Assembly (NCBI RefSeq): GCF_964355755.1
Contig: NC_092678.1
Coordinates: 23,205,365 to 23,269,364 of the forward strand
Direction: 5' to 3'
Length of the DNA: 64,000 nt
Source: Antedon mediterranea
Lineage: Eukaryota; Animalia; Echinodermata
Below are positions 13,160 through 26,249 of this stretch, piece by piece (position 1 is the first letter of the stretch; the number at the start of each line of letters is the position of its first letter). The notes beneath the pieces were generated by a model. That model saw only the letters and a list, made by a program, of their open reading frames with translations, searched no databases and was not told the DNA's origin. A program made the translations under genes and the position numbers.

Positions 13160-13395
13160 TACTTCCTAGTCTTCCTGAGGCCTTTGTCCTTCCTAGGCCC
13201 TAGTCTTCCTTAGGCCCAGTCCTCCTTAGGCCTTGGTCTTCATTATGCCCTAGTTCTCTTTGTACCCCAGTCCTCTTTAGGCCCAGTTCTCCTTAGGCCC
13301 AGTCCTTCTCCTAGTTCTCCTTAGGCCCAATCCTCCTAGTTCTCCGTAGGCCCTAGTCCTCCTCCTAAGTCTCCTTAGGCCCTAGTCCTTAAGAT
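13160..13395. repeat. Degenerate short tandem repeat (ccttaggcccagtcct-like) just 3' of the kinase stop
   Basis: Repeated ccttaggccc/tagtcct units visible directly. Confidence 0.7.
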
Positions 13396-16300
13396 CCTCA
13401 GCTGGTGGCATCTTAAGTGTTGAAAACAGAGATGCAGATTCCTTCTCTAGTGCTTCCATTAATTTAATTGATTCATTCAATGCTTCAGTTCCGTTCCGTT
13501 CTTCAATGATTCTGTATAAAGAAAGATATGTGACATGTCATTTTGGCCGCTGGTTACAAGTAATGCCTAACACACAATCATCTTTATTGTCATGAGGATT
13601 AAACGATGCACTGGCATTAATAGGTTTATCCGGGTAAGTATATAGCATATAGAAAATATAATACATACTGTTTTTTTAAGTTTTTCTTTAAAGTAATTTT
13701 TCTTCCTGATATTCTATTTTGTAAAAACGGAAGTAAGCCTCCATCAACAGGAACCTCTTCCTCAGGAATAGATGAACTATTGCTGATGACCTCAAAGTCA
13801 CTTGCTAAAGATGTCTGACTTCCTGACGACCCTGAGGATCCGGTTGAAAGAGAACTCGCTTTCTCCTGTTAAAAAAAAAAAAATTTAATTATATATCCCT
13901 ATAAAGGAGACACCTCTAATTAGGACACGTTCCTGATAAAAGACTTGCCACAAGCCTCTAATTATTGGAGTTTTTTTCAGTGTTTGTATTGTTTTGCAAG
14001 TGACCAGTTTGATTTTTTTTTTGGTAACATATAGGTATGACATGCCATGTGTGCAAAACAAAGTATTAAGCCATATTTTATCTGTATATAGTTATACTGT
14101 ACTTACGAATTCTTTTGTTTTTAAGCTTCTAAAATTTGAAAGTAAAATGTCTTGTCTTTTTTCAAGATCTTTCATCACCTGAAAGAATAAAAATGAAGTT
14201 AGCAAATAAATGAATAAATGTTTAGTAAAATAAGTAAGAAATGGTATATTGAATGAATGGTGTCCGTTGTTAGGAGGACTGACTACTATATTAACATCCA
14301 TAAGGAAGGGCCAGTGCTTGCCATGCACATCAATTATATTTAATTAAAAAATAGTAAGTTTTACCTTTTTAATGTTCACATTTAATTCAGAATATTTATC
14401 ATTGAACCATTCCACCTTTTCTGAAATAGTCTTTATTTTACCAAACATTGATGGAATTGACCTAAAAAAAAGTTCAAAATTGTTATACATTATTTACAAT
14501 AAATGGGTATTCTGAGGACAGATTCTACACTAATAAAGACCTTACTTAAATACTTACTTAAACCAGTCATGAAATTTGGAATGGATATTTTTCAATTTAG
14601 TTTCACAATGGTCATTTTGAGTATTAGCTTCATCACACAAACTTTTCAGATGTAATCTATTTTAGAAAATATAATAATTGATTGCACTGATGAAAAAATA
14701 ATTGCAATTAAACATATCAAAATAATTTCGACAATATGCAATGTCAGATTAGGAGAAGGAGCAATTGAAAAATGAAATATTTAGTCTCAAGCTTTGTCTA
14801 CTCTATCAAACAAATTTGACAAAAAAAAGTGTGATGTGCCCAAATATGTTAGTGATATGCCCAAATATGGTAGTGATATGACATCACATAAAGTTTGATA
14901 GTGTAGACAGCTTTTAAGATTAGATTAAAGAGAAGAATTTAATATTTATATGAAGATTGTTTCTTACTTTTCAAGTTTCAAAATAGATGAGGTTTCTCTT
15001 TTTTTGGAACGTCTGTTTTCCCGGAACATTTCAAGTATTTCACATACAGAGTTTACATGTACTTGAAATCTTTCAATACTGGAATAAAAATATATTTTAT
15101 AAGATTATTATAACATGAACTTGCTTCACCTTGATTTGGGTCATTCTACTAGCATGTGTTCACTTTATATTGTTAGGTAACATTATAACTATTTAAAGAT
15201 ATATTAAGATACTATATGTATTATTTGTGGAAATAAAAAATAAACAAACTATATGGAGTACATATTAAAAAATTGATAAATTGAAATGTTTATTTTTTAT
15301 TAAAAATTTTTTTTTTATTTTGTTTGCATCCAACAGTGAGTAACTCGCCAATTACAGAATGGATAAACTATTTAATCATTTATCATGCTTATAAACTAAG
15401 TCTAATTTGAGACTTAGGGAGTGGAGTTGAAAGAGCCGTGAGTTACAACCTTGGCACTAGGTCAGGATTGAACCCTGGACCTTGGGATTGGAAGGCAAGC
15501 ATGTTACAGCTCCAAGCTACAGCTGCACTACAATATATTTTATCAAATAAGAGTTTACATTTATTTTTCATATATTTTACATGAACTTGCTGTAATATTT
15601 TGTTGTGATAATAAATTACCATCTGTTTCCAGTTGTATAACACAAAATATTTTCCAGTTCAAATAACATAATTTGGTTTTCATACTCGGCAAGCAACGCA
15701 TCAATAATGCTACTACTTTTTTGATGATCTTCTTGAATCTAAACAAAACATAAGTCAGATTAGAGGTGTCAAATAGAAGTGGAGATGTATGCATTATAAG
15801 AAGAAGAGCGAGTGAGTGGCCTAGTGTACTAGTGGCTTAACGTAGCCATAACTCGTTCAATGTTTCTGGTGGTAGAACGAATCTTCTCGGATAAGGACTT
15901 TTAACCGTAGGTCCTCCAGTGTACACATCTAGCTCATGTGCATTTTAAAGAACCTAGTAAATCTTTCAAAACGAGTAGGGGGTGGGTGTACTAGTCCACA
16001 CACAGCCACTGTGCAATTGTGACTGGACCGTCTTAGTGAGAAGTTGAGTAAATAAAATAAATAAATAAATAAAATAAAATTGTCAATGAATGCCACAAAA
16101 TAAATTCTGCAAAAGCTATGGTAACGGTACCTCTTTGGCCAATCCTTCAATCTCTGTCACATCCATACTGTCGTTCTTATTCTCCATTCTGGTATCCATT
16201 TTTAAGACATCCTCCAGCGAGTGCACAAAATCTAGACGTTTACTTAGGTTTTCCAGATTGGTCACAACCTTAACTTCACTCATTTTAAGTTTAAGTTGTT

Positions 16301-19300
16301 GCAACTCTTCAAACAAATGCGACCTATAAATTGAAAGTATTATTTATAAATTATGCTTGTTTGCAGGACCACTCCAGGTGCTACTATGCAAATAATTAAC
16401 ATGCTTCAGCGAATTCTTTATTAGAGTATTATTACTGATATAATTGAATGGAACTTTCAAGTAAAGAATCATAATCTAGTCAACACGCTTTTGGAAATAA
16501 AACGTCTCAGAAATCTGAATTTCTAGACTTAGAAGGGTTGGCTGTATCACAGTATGATGTGTGATTATTCCACAATTTTCGAAAGTTTTGATAACAATTA
16601 GATTATGATGATGATAATTACCCTAAGTTTTCGATTGCATTTTTAAATTGATGCTGTGCATTCAATATATCCTCTACTACTTCTTTCGTATAGGCCATCA
16701 CACCAGCACACGTCTACAACAAAACAAAAGGTTACACAGGACTGAAACACTGTACTATGGGTTTAGGAATCCATAAAATGAAGGGTTAGTCTAAAATCCT
16801 AGTATATATTTATAATTCTTATATTTAGTTAAATTATTATTATTATTTCTTTCATTCAAATTTACTATAGATTACATTTTAAACTCAAATTCTAAATTTA
16901 TTTATTATTTATTTTTAAATTAATAATCATATAAAGTCAAGTATACCTTTGAATAAATATAGTCTGCATCTGGGTGTGAATAAGACGACATCGAAGGAAA
17001 ACATGCTAAAATTGTGAATTAAATAAAAAGCATTATATTATCAAACTAAGCACGGCAGAATTAAGCTCTGTCTACACTATCAAACTTTATTTGACAAAGA
17101 AATGTGATGTCCCCATATATGGACATGATGATGTCCCTAATGATCAGCTTTGGCTGGATGGACCATCCTCATAAAATATTGTTGAAATAAATAAATAAAT
17201 CACTACCATATCTGGGCACATCACACTTTTTTTGTCAAACTAGTTTGATAGTGTAGACAGAGCTTTACAAATTATAGCATGGAATTAACACATGGAATTA
17301 CTGTATAGAGTGAGTGCATGGAATTTCTAAAATGAATTTTAAAAATTCTTTAATTTTAGACAGTTTTCAAATATTTTTAAATTCACTTAAATCACATGTT
17401 TTATATTGACTTTGTTGAATCGACTATTATGTATTTTATCCGTTTATTTGATATTGACACTGTTGATTCGTCTATTTGTTTTTTAAATATTTTTATATAG
17501 TTTATTTTATATCATTGTTGTTACTTTGGGAGTACGGAACCTGAACTCTTGTTATAGTGATTAGGTTCACTTTTAGGTTCCTGCCTACTCCCTTAGTTTC
17601 TGTGTTTTGTTTGTTTGTAACTGGTTTTTGGCAATAAATAATAATAATAATAAATCATAAGTGGCCAAAAAAAAGGGCACTTGAATAAGCATTTGTTATT
17701 CATTATTTACATGGAATTTTAGTAACATTTTAGACCTTACTTACGTTTATAAGGAATAAGAATAGATGGCTCTGATTGGCTTCTCTGATCATGCAGCATC
17801 GTATATAGTATCACTGGTGATGCGTCAGTTGTATTTGAAAATTCCTTACATCTTTTTTTTGGTTTGAATGGTTTTCGTTTGAATAACAACAATTGATCAG
17901 ACACTGTGACATTACACAGAACTTCAATGTGCTTTGACATAACATCAAATCTAAAGAAAGGCAATATCACCATTATATTAAAAAATGCATACACTATATT
18001 CCAAATGGCTAAAGGGGAGTTGAAATGTGTCTACACTATCAAACTTTATGTGACAACAAAATGTGATGGACATATTTGACCATATCACTACCATATTTGG
18101 GACACTTTTTTCTCACATAAAGTTTGATAGTGTAGACAAGGCTTAAGTTTTGTGGTTTAATAAGAGATAGTGTAAAAATGCTTGAAGTGCTATTACCGTA
18201 TATCCTCTGGTATAATCCCACCAACCCCCAGTTCAGGAAAAAAAAATGATTGGTAAGCACAATTTATCTGAACTGGCTAGAGAGAGGCCTACATCCAGAC
18301 CAAAAGTCAACACTGGGACTATACCAAGGGATATGCCTGTTTGTGAAATCAGACATAAAGTAGGGGGTGGGATTAGATCCGAAGTGGGATTAGACCCAAG
18401 GAAATATGGTATATAGATAACATTTTGGAAAGTTGGCCTTCCATTATGCATACATAATCATACTAGTATAACGTGTTTATGTAGCCATACAAAATATCTT
18501 ACTCATCATCTTTGTGAAGGTATATGTTCATCATCTTTGCTTTCTGGACATCAAAGACATGCAAGATTTCCATGTTCAGTATTTTGTCCACTTCTTCAAA
18601 GAACCTATCAGCTGACATCATTTTGGACTGTTCACACTCAAGAAGACCTGCCAACAGCGGTGTCAACATCTCTTTGAACATCCTGTGTAATTAAAGAGCA
18701 AACAAGTCATTACTTTATTGGTGCTCTCTGTGATGGAGTAACCGGCCCGTGGGTCAAAGTTTTATTTTAAACTGTGGTTTTGTGCATTTTTATATTTTTA
18801 TGGCTAATGTAATATAATGTTGGGTTGTTGGAGGTACTAATGAAGGACTCTGACTCGCTTGACTGTCGTAACACATATATTATTTATTCAGTATAATACT
18901 TCAGTACAATATACAACTATAAGTATAGATAAGGAACGGACGGTCAATGATGCTGTCGGTGAGGTGTGAAGTGTGTAGGTCTGCTGTGAGGTGTGTGCTC
19001 CGTGAGGTGGCTGTAAGGTGTGTCTGGGCCCTTCTGAAACTTGGGAGTATATTGGCTCAGTTCATTTGCATAATGTCATTACATCATCTGTGAGGGTAAC
19101 GATTGGTCCTAAGTTGATCCAGGGGTGTTTAAGTGGGAGTGATTGATCTTATCTGGGGAGGTTACAATGATGAATTCATGGCCCTGTCAAATCTCTGCTT
19201 AAAACTGTCATTATCTAATTGTTTTACGATGGGAACGGTCGCAAAGTTAAGCTAAGTGTTTTCTTTAGGGATTCTATTATAAACTAAATGGTCATTAAAA

Positions 19301-22300
19301 CATCTGGACCAACTCTCCTTTGGACTTTCTGGGTCAGTTTGTGAACCTATTTGAATTCCGATACAAAGGTCAATTTCTTAAATATAAAAGTATATCCTTA
19401 TATTACATCCCTCTGTTTCCCTTTTTTTTTAAAATCTATTTAACATATAAAAATGGTTATAATAGTGGCATGCAAAATTAAAGTTATATAAAAGAAAAAA
19501 AACATTATACATATATGCAAAAATTGAGTTAGCCAAAACCATTGACTCTGAAGTGTAACCTTATCACTTTCACTCTCTCTCTTCTCTCTCTTAAAAAAAT
19601 GAAATTAAAAATGAATTTGGTATAAAATTCCGGAATTTATATAAAATTTGAAACAAAAAATGTATATAAAAAAACGAAAGTGTTCTTCAAGATCGACATA
19701 ATTGTGGGTCCGTTGCTTTGGAGGCATGCTACACTCGGATTACCGAAATATAAACATCACAACGGTTGGGTTTCCCTAAAAAACATCGGTCAAGAAGTCG
19801 ACTCTCGTTAATTATTTGAAATAGAAAAAAAATTTATAAAGGATAAATTGAAATCAATCATATAATAATCGATAATAATGGGATGTAGTCCACAGTGTGC
19901 CGTCGTCCAATATGTAGGTAGCAGTGTAAGGCATCTCATTCAAATATACCATACCGCAATTCAAGTATTGGTATTTTGCCCGGGTCTTCCACCATGTAAT
20001 ATAATGTTGGGTTGTTGGAGGTACTAATGAAGGACTCTGACTCGCTTGACTGTCGTAACACATATATTATTTATTCAGTATAATACTTCAGTACAATATA
20101 CAACTATAAGTATAGATAAGGAACGGACGGTCAATGATGCTGTCGGTGAGGTGTGAAGTGTGTAGGTCTGCTGTGAGGTGTGTGCTCCGTGAGGTGGCTG
20201 TAAGGTGTGTCTGGGCCCTTCTGAAACTTGGGAGTATATTGGCTCAGTTCATTTGCATAATGTCATTACATCATCTGTGAGGGTAACGATTGGTCCTAAG
20301 TTGATCCAGGGGTGTTTAAGTGGGAGTGATTGATCTTATCTGGGGAGGTTACAATGATGAATTGGCCCTGTCAAATCTCTGCTTAAAACTGTCATTATCT
20401 AATTGTTTTACGATGGGAACGGTCGCAAAGTTAAGCTAAGTGTTTTCTTTAGGGATTCTATTATAAACTAAATGGTCATTAAAACATCTGGACAAACTCT
20501 CCTTTGGACTTTCTGGGTCAGTTTGTGAACCTATTTGAATTCCGATACAAAGGTCAATTTCTTAAATATAAAAGTATATCCTTATATTACACTAATAAAG
20601 AAATGAAATGACATTGATGGGATAGAACCAATGACCTTTGACAGAAAGATCTTCCATCTACTAACAAAAACCACTTAGCATCATCACATGTGCATTACAA
20701 CTACTTGATGTCCTGGAGAGTTGGACTACTAACCTGGATAACCATGATAGCTTTGATTGTGTCTATTTAGACTATAAAAAGGCTTTTGATAGTGTGCCAC
20801 ACGAAAGGCTTCTAGTCAAATTGAAAGGTTTTGGTATTACGGGAAATCTACTAGGATGGTTCTCTAATTATTTGTCAAATAGAACACAACGAGTTAGTGT
20901 CAATGGTCAATTATCATCACAGGCTCCAGTATTAAGTGGAATTCCACAGGGTAGCATTGTGGGCCCAATCTTATTTTCAATCTTCATTAACGATTTACCT
21001 GATGTTGTCGAGTATAGTATTCGTTTATATAGAGTTGTATAGAGTGGTCAATAACATTGATGATGCGGATTTATTTCAGAGAGACATTGACAGTGCTTCC
21101 CATTGGTCTAATGTTTGGCAATTGCCATTTAATGACACTAAGTGTATTCAATGGCTGGTAATTTACTACATGAGGTAAAGCAGGAGAAAGATCTAGGTGT
21201 TACTTTTGATCCTAGTTTAATCTTTAATTTGCATGTAGCGGATATTTGTAAAAGAGCTAATAAGAAACTAGGAATGATTTATAGATCTTTTAAATTCTTG
21301 AATAAAGATGGATTTTTGAAGCTGTATAAGTCTATTGTCAGGCCAACGCTTGAATATTGTAATACTGTTTATAATCCTATTAGAAAAAACGAGATCAGGA
21401 TGAAATAGAGAAGGTCCAGCAAAGAGCAACAAGATTGATTCCTATACCGTAACATCCCGTATGGACAACGTTTGAGAATTCTTGGTCTTCCTACCATGAG
21501 ATATCGAAGGCAGAGAGCGGATATTATCCAAGTTTTTAGGATTGTTAAAGGTTTCGATCGTATTTCGATCAACACATTTTTTGAATTTGATCTAGAATCT
21601 CGGACCCGTGGATACCCATATAAACTCAAGTTTAAAAGCTGTCGTCTTAATATTAGGAGGGACACGTTTTCCAGGAGAGTTATTCTCTTATGGAATGCTC
21701 TGCCTACGGATGTATTGTCATGTGCTACGGTGAACTTGTTCAAAGCAAAACTTAACGTCGCATGGTCCAACCACCCGCTGAAGTTTTCACCCTATATAGA
21801 ATATGATTTTATTGCTAAGAGGGGCTTTTAAGCACTGAGTGCTTCGCCTCGATCCCGTAGACGAAAGTGTACGGGAAACAAGTAAACAAGTAAAAGTAAG
21901 CATGGCAAACACGGTTTAAAACAACAAATTAGAAAGACCAAGTTTGAAACTTATTTCTGAAGAAAGAAAGAGAAAAAATGAACTCAGTCTTACGTTGACA
22001 TCCTGGTACTTTCAGGCAAATCTCGTTCCCAAGTAATTTTACCATCTGAGTCTTTTTGGTATCCACAAATAACCCCTGATGCTTTTTTGGTTGTCAGATA
22101 ATGCCTGATACAGATAATTCAAGATATTAATAAGAAATATATAAAGCCTTGTCTACACTATCAAACTTATGACAAAAAAATGTGATATGTCCATATATGG
22201 ACATGATGTCATATCACTACCATATTTTAGCATATCACTACCATATTTTAGCATATCACTACCATATTTGAGCATATCACTACCATATTTGAGCATATCA

Positions 22301-24374
22301 CTACCATGTTTGGGCATATCACACTTTTTTTTGTCAAAATACTTTGATAGTGTAGACAGAGCTTTAGAAACAAAACAATAACAAGAGCTGTGTTTCAGAT
22401 ACATCTACATCTTGAGTAATAGACCAATATATATATTCTTACATTGTTCTTTTATTGTTGCGTCCACCATGAGGTCTGAACGGAAGGTTGCCAGTGGCAA
22501 CGTGATACAACGTAACACCCAGGCTCCACAGATCTACCGACGAGTTGAAGCCTGTTCCTGTACTATCACTCAACAAAGCTCTGGCATACATATCTGGATG
22601 CTAAAAAAAAATATTTCAAAACCTCAAACCTTGAACATGGAATTGTTTACATTGTATGAATAAATGGAAGGTAGGAAAATGAAAGGTATGAGGATGAAAG
22701 ATGGAAAGAAATATGGAAACTAACCAAATATTCCTCTGTTCCATAGAGCGAAACAAAATTCTCATCGTTTGATAGTTGCCTAGCAGCACCAAAGTCTGCT
22801 AGTTTGTAGATATTTTGTCCATCTTTGCCCTCCATAACCATGATGTTACCAGGCTTCAAGTCACGGTGCACAATCTGTTTATTTTGTAAGTATTTCATTC
22901 CAGAGCCTGACAAAACAAAATCATTCATTAATTATCAATATATGTTTTAACACTATAAGCTCCGTCTACACTATCAAACTAGTTTGACAAAAATGTGTGA
23001 TGTGCCCAAATATGGTAGTGATATGATGTCATCGTGTCCATATATGGGTGGCGCATTACAATTTGTTTGAAGTTTGATAGTGTAGACAGAGCTTTAGTCC
23101 ATATTTTTATAGCCAATAACACTAACAACACAAAACAACATACTTATTAACTATAGGTAGAAGAAAACTTACAAATATCAGACAACACTCTTTTATATTC
23201 GTGTTCTGGAACACCAAACATGAATTGCGGTAACTCAAGCATTGTGTACAAGCTGCCCTTACTACATAACTCCATCACTATGACACGCTGGCGACTTCTC
23301 TCCTGTAAACATCAAACACATTGATTATTATTCATTTTCTCTATCAGAATGAGATGTATCGAAAATCTTGGGAGAGGAGTAGTGTTCGAAGGCACGTCAA
23401 AACCATAAATCAACAAAACAGAGGGAATTTAACACCTCCCAGGTGAAATATTAAGTTTAGATAAGCAACAGGTTTGAGTTTTAGAGCAGACGAAAAAAGA
23501 TATAGAAAATAAATTTTTCTTTTTTGTTGATCCAATAGATCGAAAGTACTAAAAATGAAAAATTTCTCTTCTATAATATTAGGATTCTAATAAAATTATT
23601 TCAAGAATACCATATCATATTATGCAATTTAATTATATTTTTTGTGTGGATTTGATTATGAAATTTGTAAATTAATGCATGTTTTAATGAAAATCTTGGA
23701 TAGTAAAAAATTAATTTAGTCACAAATTGGGCTTAAGATAAAAACTTACATCGACATCAATAGCTATCAGTTGTACTACGTTCCTGTGTTTCAGTTGCTT
23801 AAGCACCTCAAACTCTCTGTCTTGTACCGCACCAGGCCGCATGAAGCTGGAGTTATTAAAGACTTTCACGGCTACCTTGTGTCCACGGGTCTAATTTTTA
23901 AAGAAAAAAAAATCAATTAGAGTAAATGTGATTTGCACTCAAGCAGACAATCTTTTCTGCTTTTCTCATCACACTACTATATGGATGCCAGAAAAGTGGT
24001 TATCTTATTGGAATTGAACATACAGTGAAATAAAAACATCAGGGCGTAAGAAACAGTACGGGTGGTTAGGTTTCAACCTAACCACTTTTTCACCTTTGAC
24101 AACCCAGTGACTTGAACTGAGATTGTTCCCTTTTTCTTGCAAAAACCGGCCCACTTTATTTCTCGTGGCTACATCACTGCATAGTGGTCTAACGGTAGAG
24201 TACTAATAACCAGAGAAGTGAAAGTTCATGTATTGGTTTTGGCAACATTTTTTAACCATCACAAATTGTCTAATTTTAACATACCTTTGATCTACCAGTG
24301 TAGACAGCACTGGTAGCCCCTGTTCCCAACACATCTTTCTCACTCCAGATGTACCCCGTAGAAGTAGATAACAT
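13382..24374 (-). CDS. TBK1: IKK-related serine/threonine kinase, TBK1/IKK-epsilon family (kinase, ubiquitin-like domain, scaffold coiled coil)
   Basis: ATG 24374 gives [25 protein letters not shown]. Exons 23750-23890 ([14 protein letters not shown]), about 23173-23303 ([10 protein letters not shown]), 22724-22905 ([10 protein letters not shown]...[28 protein letters not shown]), 22443-22600 (HPDMY...[22 protein letters not shown]), 21994-22104, 18503-18682, 17745-17950, several helical exons 14107-17005, then 13669-13865 and 13382-13511 (TAG stop). TBK1 versus IKBKE orthology cannot be resolved. Confidence 0.92.
15360..15530 (-). mobile_element. tRNA-derived SINE-like repeat (inverted copy of 111-275)
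   Basis: Reverse complement aligns by eye with 111-275 (ttatcatgcttataaactaagtc, gagttacaacct, aggtcaggattgaaccc). Confidence 0.65.
15805..16080 (+). mobile_element. SINE with Deu/Nin-like central domain and (AAAT)n tail
   Basis: tRNA-like head gtggcctagtg; central cggataaggac..taaccgtaggtcc...ttaaagaacc...gagtagggg resembles the DeuSINE domain as I recall it; A-rich tail. Confidence 0.55.
18808..20591 (-). mobile_element. Intact non-autonomous LTR retroelement (TRIM-like) in a kinase intron
   Basis: LTRs 18808-19407 and 19995-20591 are nearly identical, each bounded by tgtaatataa...ttatattaca. 4-bp TSD ctaa at 18804-18807 and 20592-20595. On the minus strand a PBS (TGGTGGAAGACCCG) abuts the 5' LTR and a polypurine tract (19408-19430) abuts the 3' LTR. 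The 587-bp interior has no gag/pol ORF. Confidence 0.92.
20685..21900 (+). mobile_element. 5'-truncated, frameshifted CR1/L2-group LINE (reverse transcriptase fragment)
   Basis: [77 protein letters not shown] spread over several frames; YADD region deleted; 3' tail aaacaagtaaacaagtaaaagtaag. Confidence 0.92.
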
Positions 24375-25341
24375 AGTGCTTTTTCTCAGTACTCAAATTC
24401 CGTTTTACTAGATTGATAAAAACAGATTTAAGAGAGAAAACTTTTTAATGCACTTAAAAAAAAATTTAAAATAGTATAGGCCTGTTTCTAATAGTTACTA
24501 CTGTATATGTACAGTGTTAATTAATAACTTTTTGAATGTCATATACTTGTCACACACACACACCATTTTTTTTTCGCAATTCGTACATTTCATAATTTGT
24601 CAGTTAAGTCATAGTAAAAGGGAAAAAAGCAAGTAAATATTCATTCAAGGTTGAAATAAAAATGATTGCATTATGCGTTTATCATGTGGGCGTTAAAATT
24701 GAATTGATTTATTGATTGGTTGGTTGGTTGTACTTTGCTATTTACAATTGTTGTCAGTCTATTTGTCAGCAATAAAGAATGACAAAGTACAGTATTTGGA
24801 AACCTACTGGAAACTTACACAAATTGTGTCACAATAAAAAATAGTCAGTTTATATATGACAACCCCAATGTTATACAAAGAAAGCATACTCTCACCAGTT
24901 TTAGGCGTATTTAAAAAATCAAAATATGTAATCTTGAAATCATACGGTATAGCATTTTCTTAATTGATCATTGAAATAATTTGCTGTACATAAAATACAG
25001 TAAGTTTTATAAACATTATATTTTAATAAATGAACCTTTTCCTTTTTAAAATACTACTACTAGGCTAGGCCTAGCCTATATGCTATCTAGCTAGGTTTTT
25101 ATTCAACTGATATTTTCTTCTAGTTTAGATCTCCTAGCCTTCAGAGTGAGTAATTATATAGGCCTAGGCTATTTTAAGCTTACCATTATACCATAGAGAC
25201 TATGATTATACAAATTACTTACACAATTTCACTTTACCTCTTTCTTCATTTTACCCGAAAACGGATATGTCAATATAAAATGGCGATGAATAAACAAATT
25301 AATTCTATTTATAGGGGGATCAACAATTGATAAAAATTTCA

Positions 25342-25351
25342 GGGTTTTCCC
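25342..25351 (-). promoter_or_regulatory. NF-kappaB-like site (GGGAAAACCC) in the presumed kinase promoter
   Basis: gggttttccc on the plus strand fits GGGRNNYYCC on the minus strand; it lies just upstream of donor-like sites near 25220-25237, suggesting a non-coding first exon. Confidence 0.3.
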
Positions 25352-25883
25352 ATAATTAGACTTTCGTGTACAGACGCACTGTGAATGAATAGTAGGCGAC
25401 TACGTACCAATTTGGTATACATTGTTTACCTTGTGCCTGGTAGTGAGGCTAGGCATAACTGTTTACGTACGTACGTACGTAATACCGTACCTTTTAGGCC
25501 TAGCTTATTATAGGCCTAAAAACCTACTTCGGTATAATATACCAATCAAAATATTATTGCAACTTGCTCCATGATCAAAGGGTACGTAAAAATTATCATT
25601 AACTAGGTAGACATAGCTTTGATATAAATAAATATGTAGGCTAGGCCGGCCTAGCTAGCTAGCTAGTAACTAGTACCTAGCCTAGGCCTAGAGTCCTAGC
25701 TAGTACTAGTAGTAGGCCTACTCATTCTCATCATACAGGAGGGGCGGCCAGGGCAGAAGGTCCACGCACAGGACATACTAATCTACGCCCGGCAGTGCCC
25801 GGTACCACCCGGTACCACCCGGTGGGATTTTATGAGTATTGTGTTATCAACTATTAGTATGTGCTACAGTATTACTATTTAAC

Positions 25884-26107
25884 AATTGTCGTATTCGATT
25901 GGGAACTTTCGTCATCAACATTGTCAAAGATTCGTTGAGTACTTTTTGTATTCAAATTGTAAATTTGTGCTCAACAGAAAGTCATTCGAATAGAAAACGT
26001 TGACAACGAAAGCTTTTTCGTTAAGAACAATCTCAACGCTCAAAATACTCCGTTAAAGAAGTACTCAACGGAAAAACTACTCAACGGTACACTCGAATAC
26101 GACAATT
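25884..26107. mobile_element. MITE with 15-bp TIRs and internal ctcaacg repeats
   Basis: aattgtcgtattcga ... tcgaatacgacaatt is an exact inverted pair. Confidence 0.6.
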
Positions 26108-26249
26108 ATTTATGCAAGAAACTGTCAAAATACTGATGATGAAGACTGAATGAAGACCGCCTTCTTTGTTTGGTGTAGATTAGTTAGTATGACCAGAATG
26201 AAATGAAACTATGACTCAATATATATATCTTTTCAGAAATCTATCAAGA

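Noticed and set aside
19854-20063. 69-aa ORF as a gag remnant of the LTR element
   Set aside because: It starts inside the LTR, crosses the PBS and shows no recognisable gag or pol motif.
20685-21900. Reverse transcriptase as a retron/DGR-type system or as the pol gene of the adjacent LTR element
   Set aside because: It is a broken CR1/L2-type LINE RT, outside the TSD-bounded LTR element and on the opposite strand.
22153-22404. KYGSDML / ISLPY repeat ORFs (also at 57948-58169 and 59236-59671)
   Set aside because: Translations of the MITE's internal 21-bp repeat.
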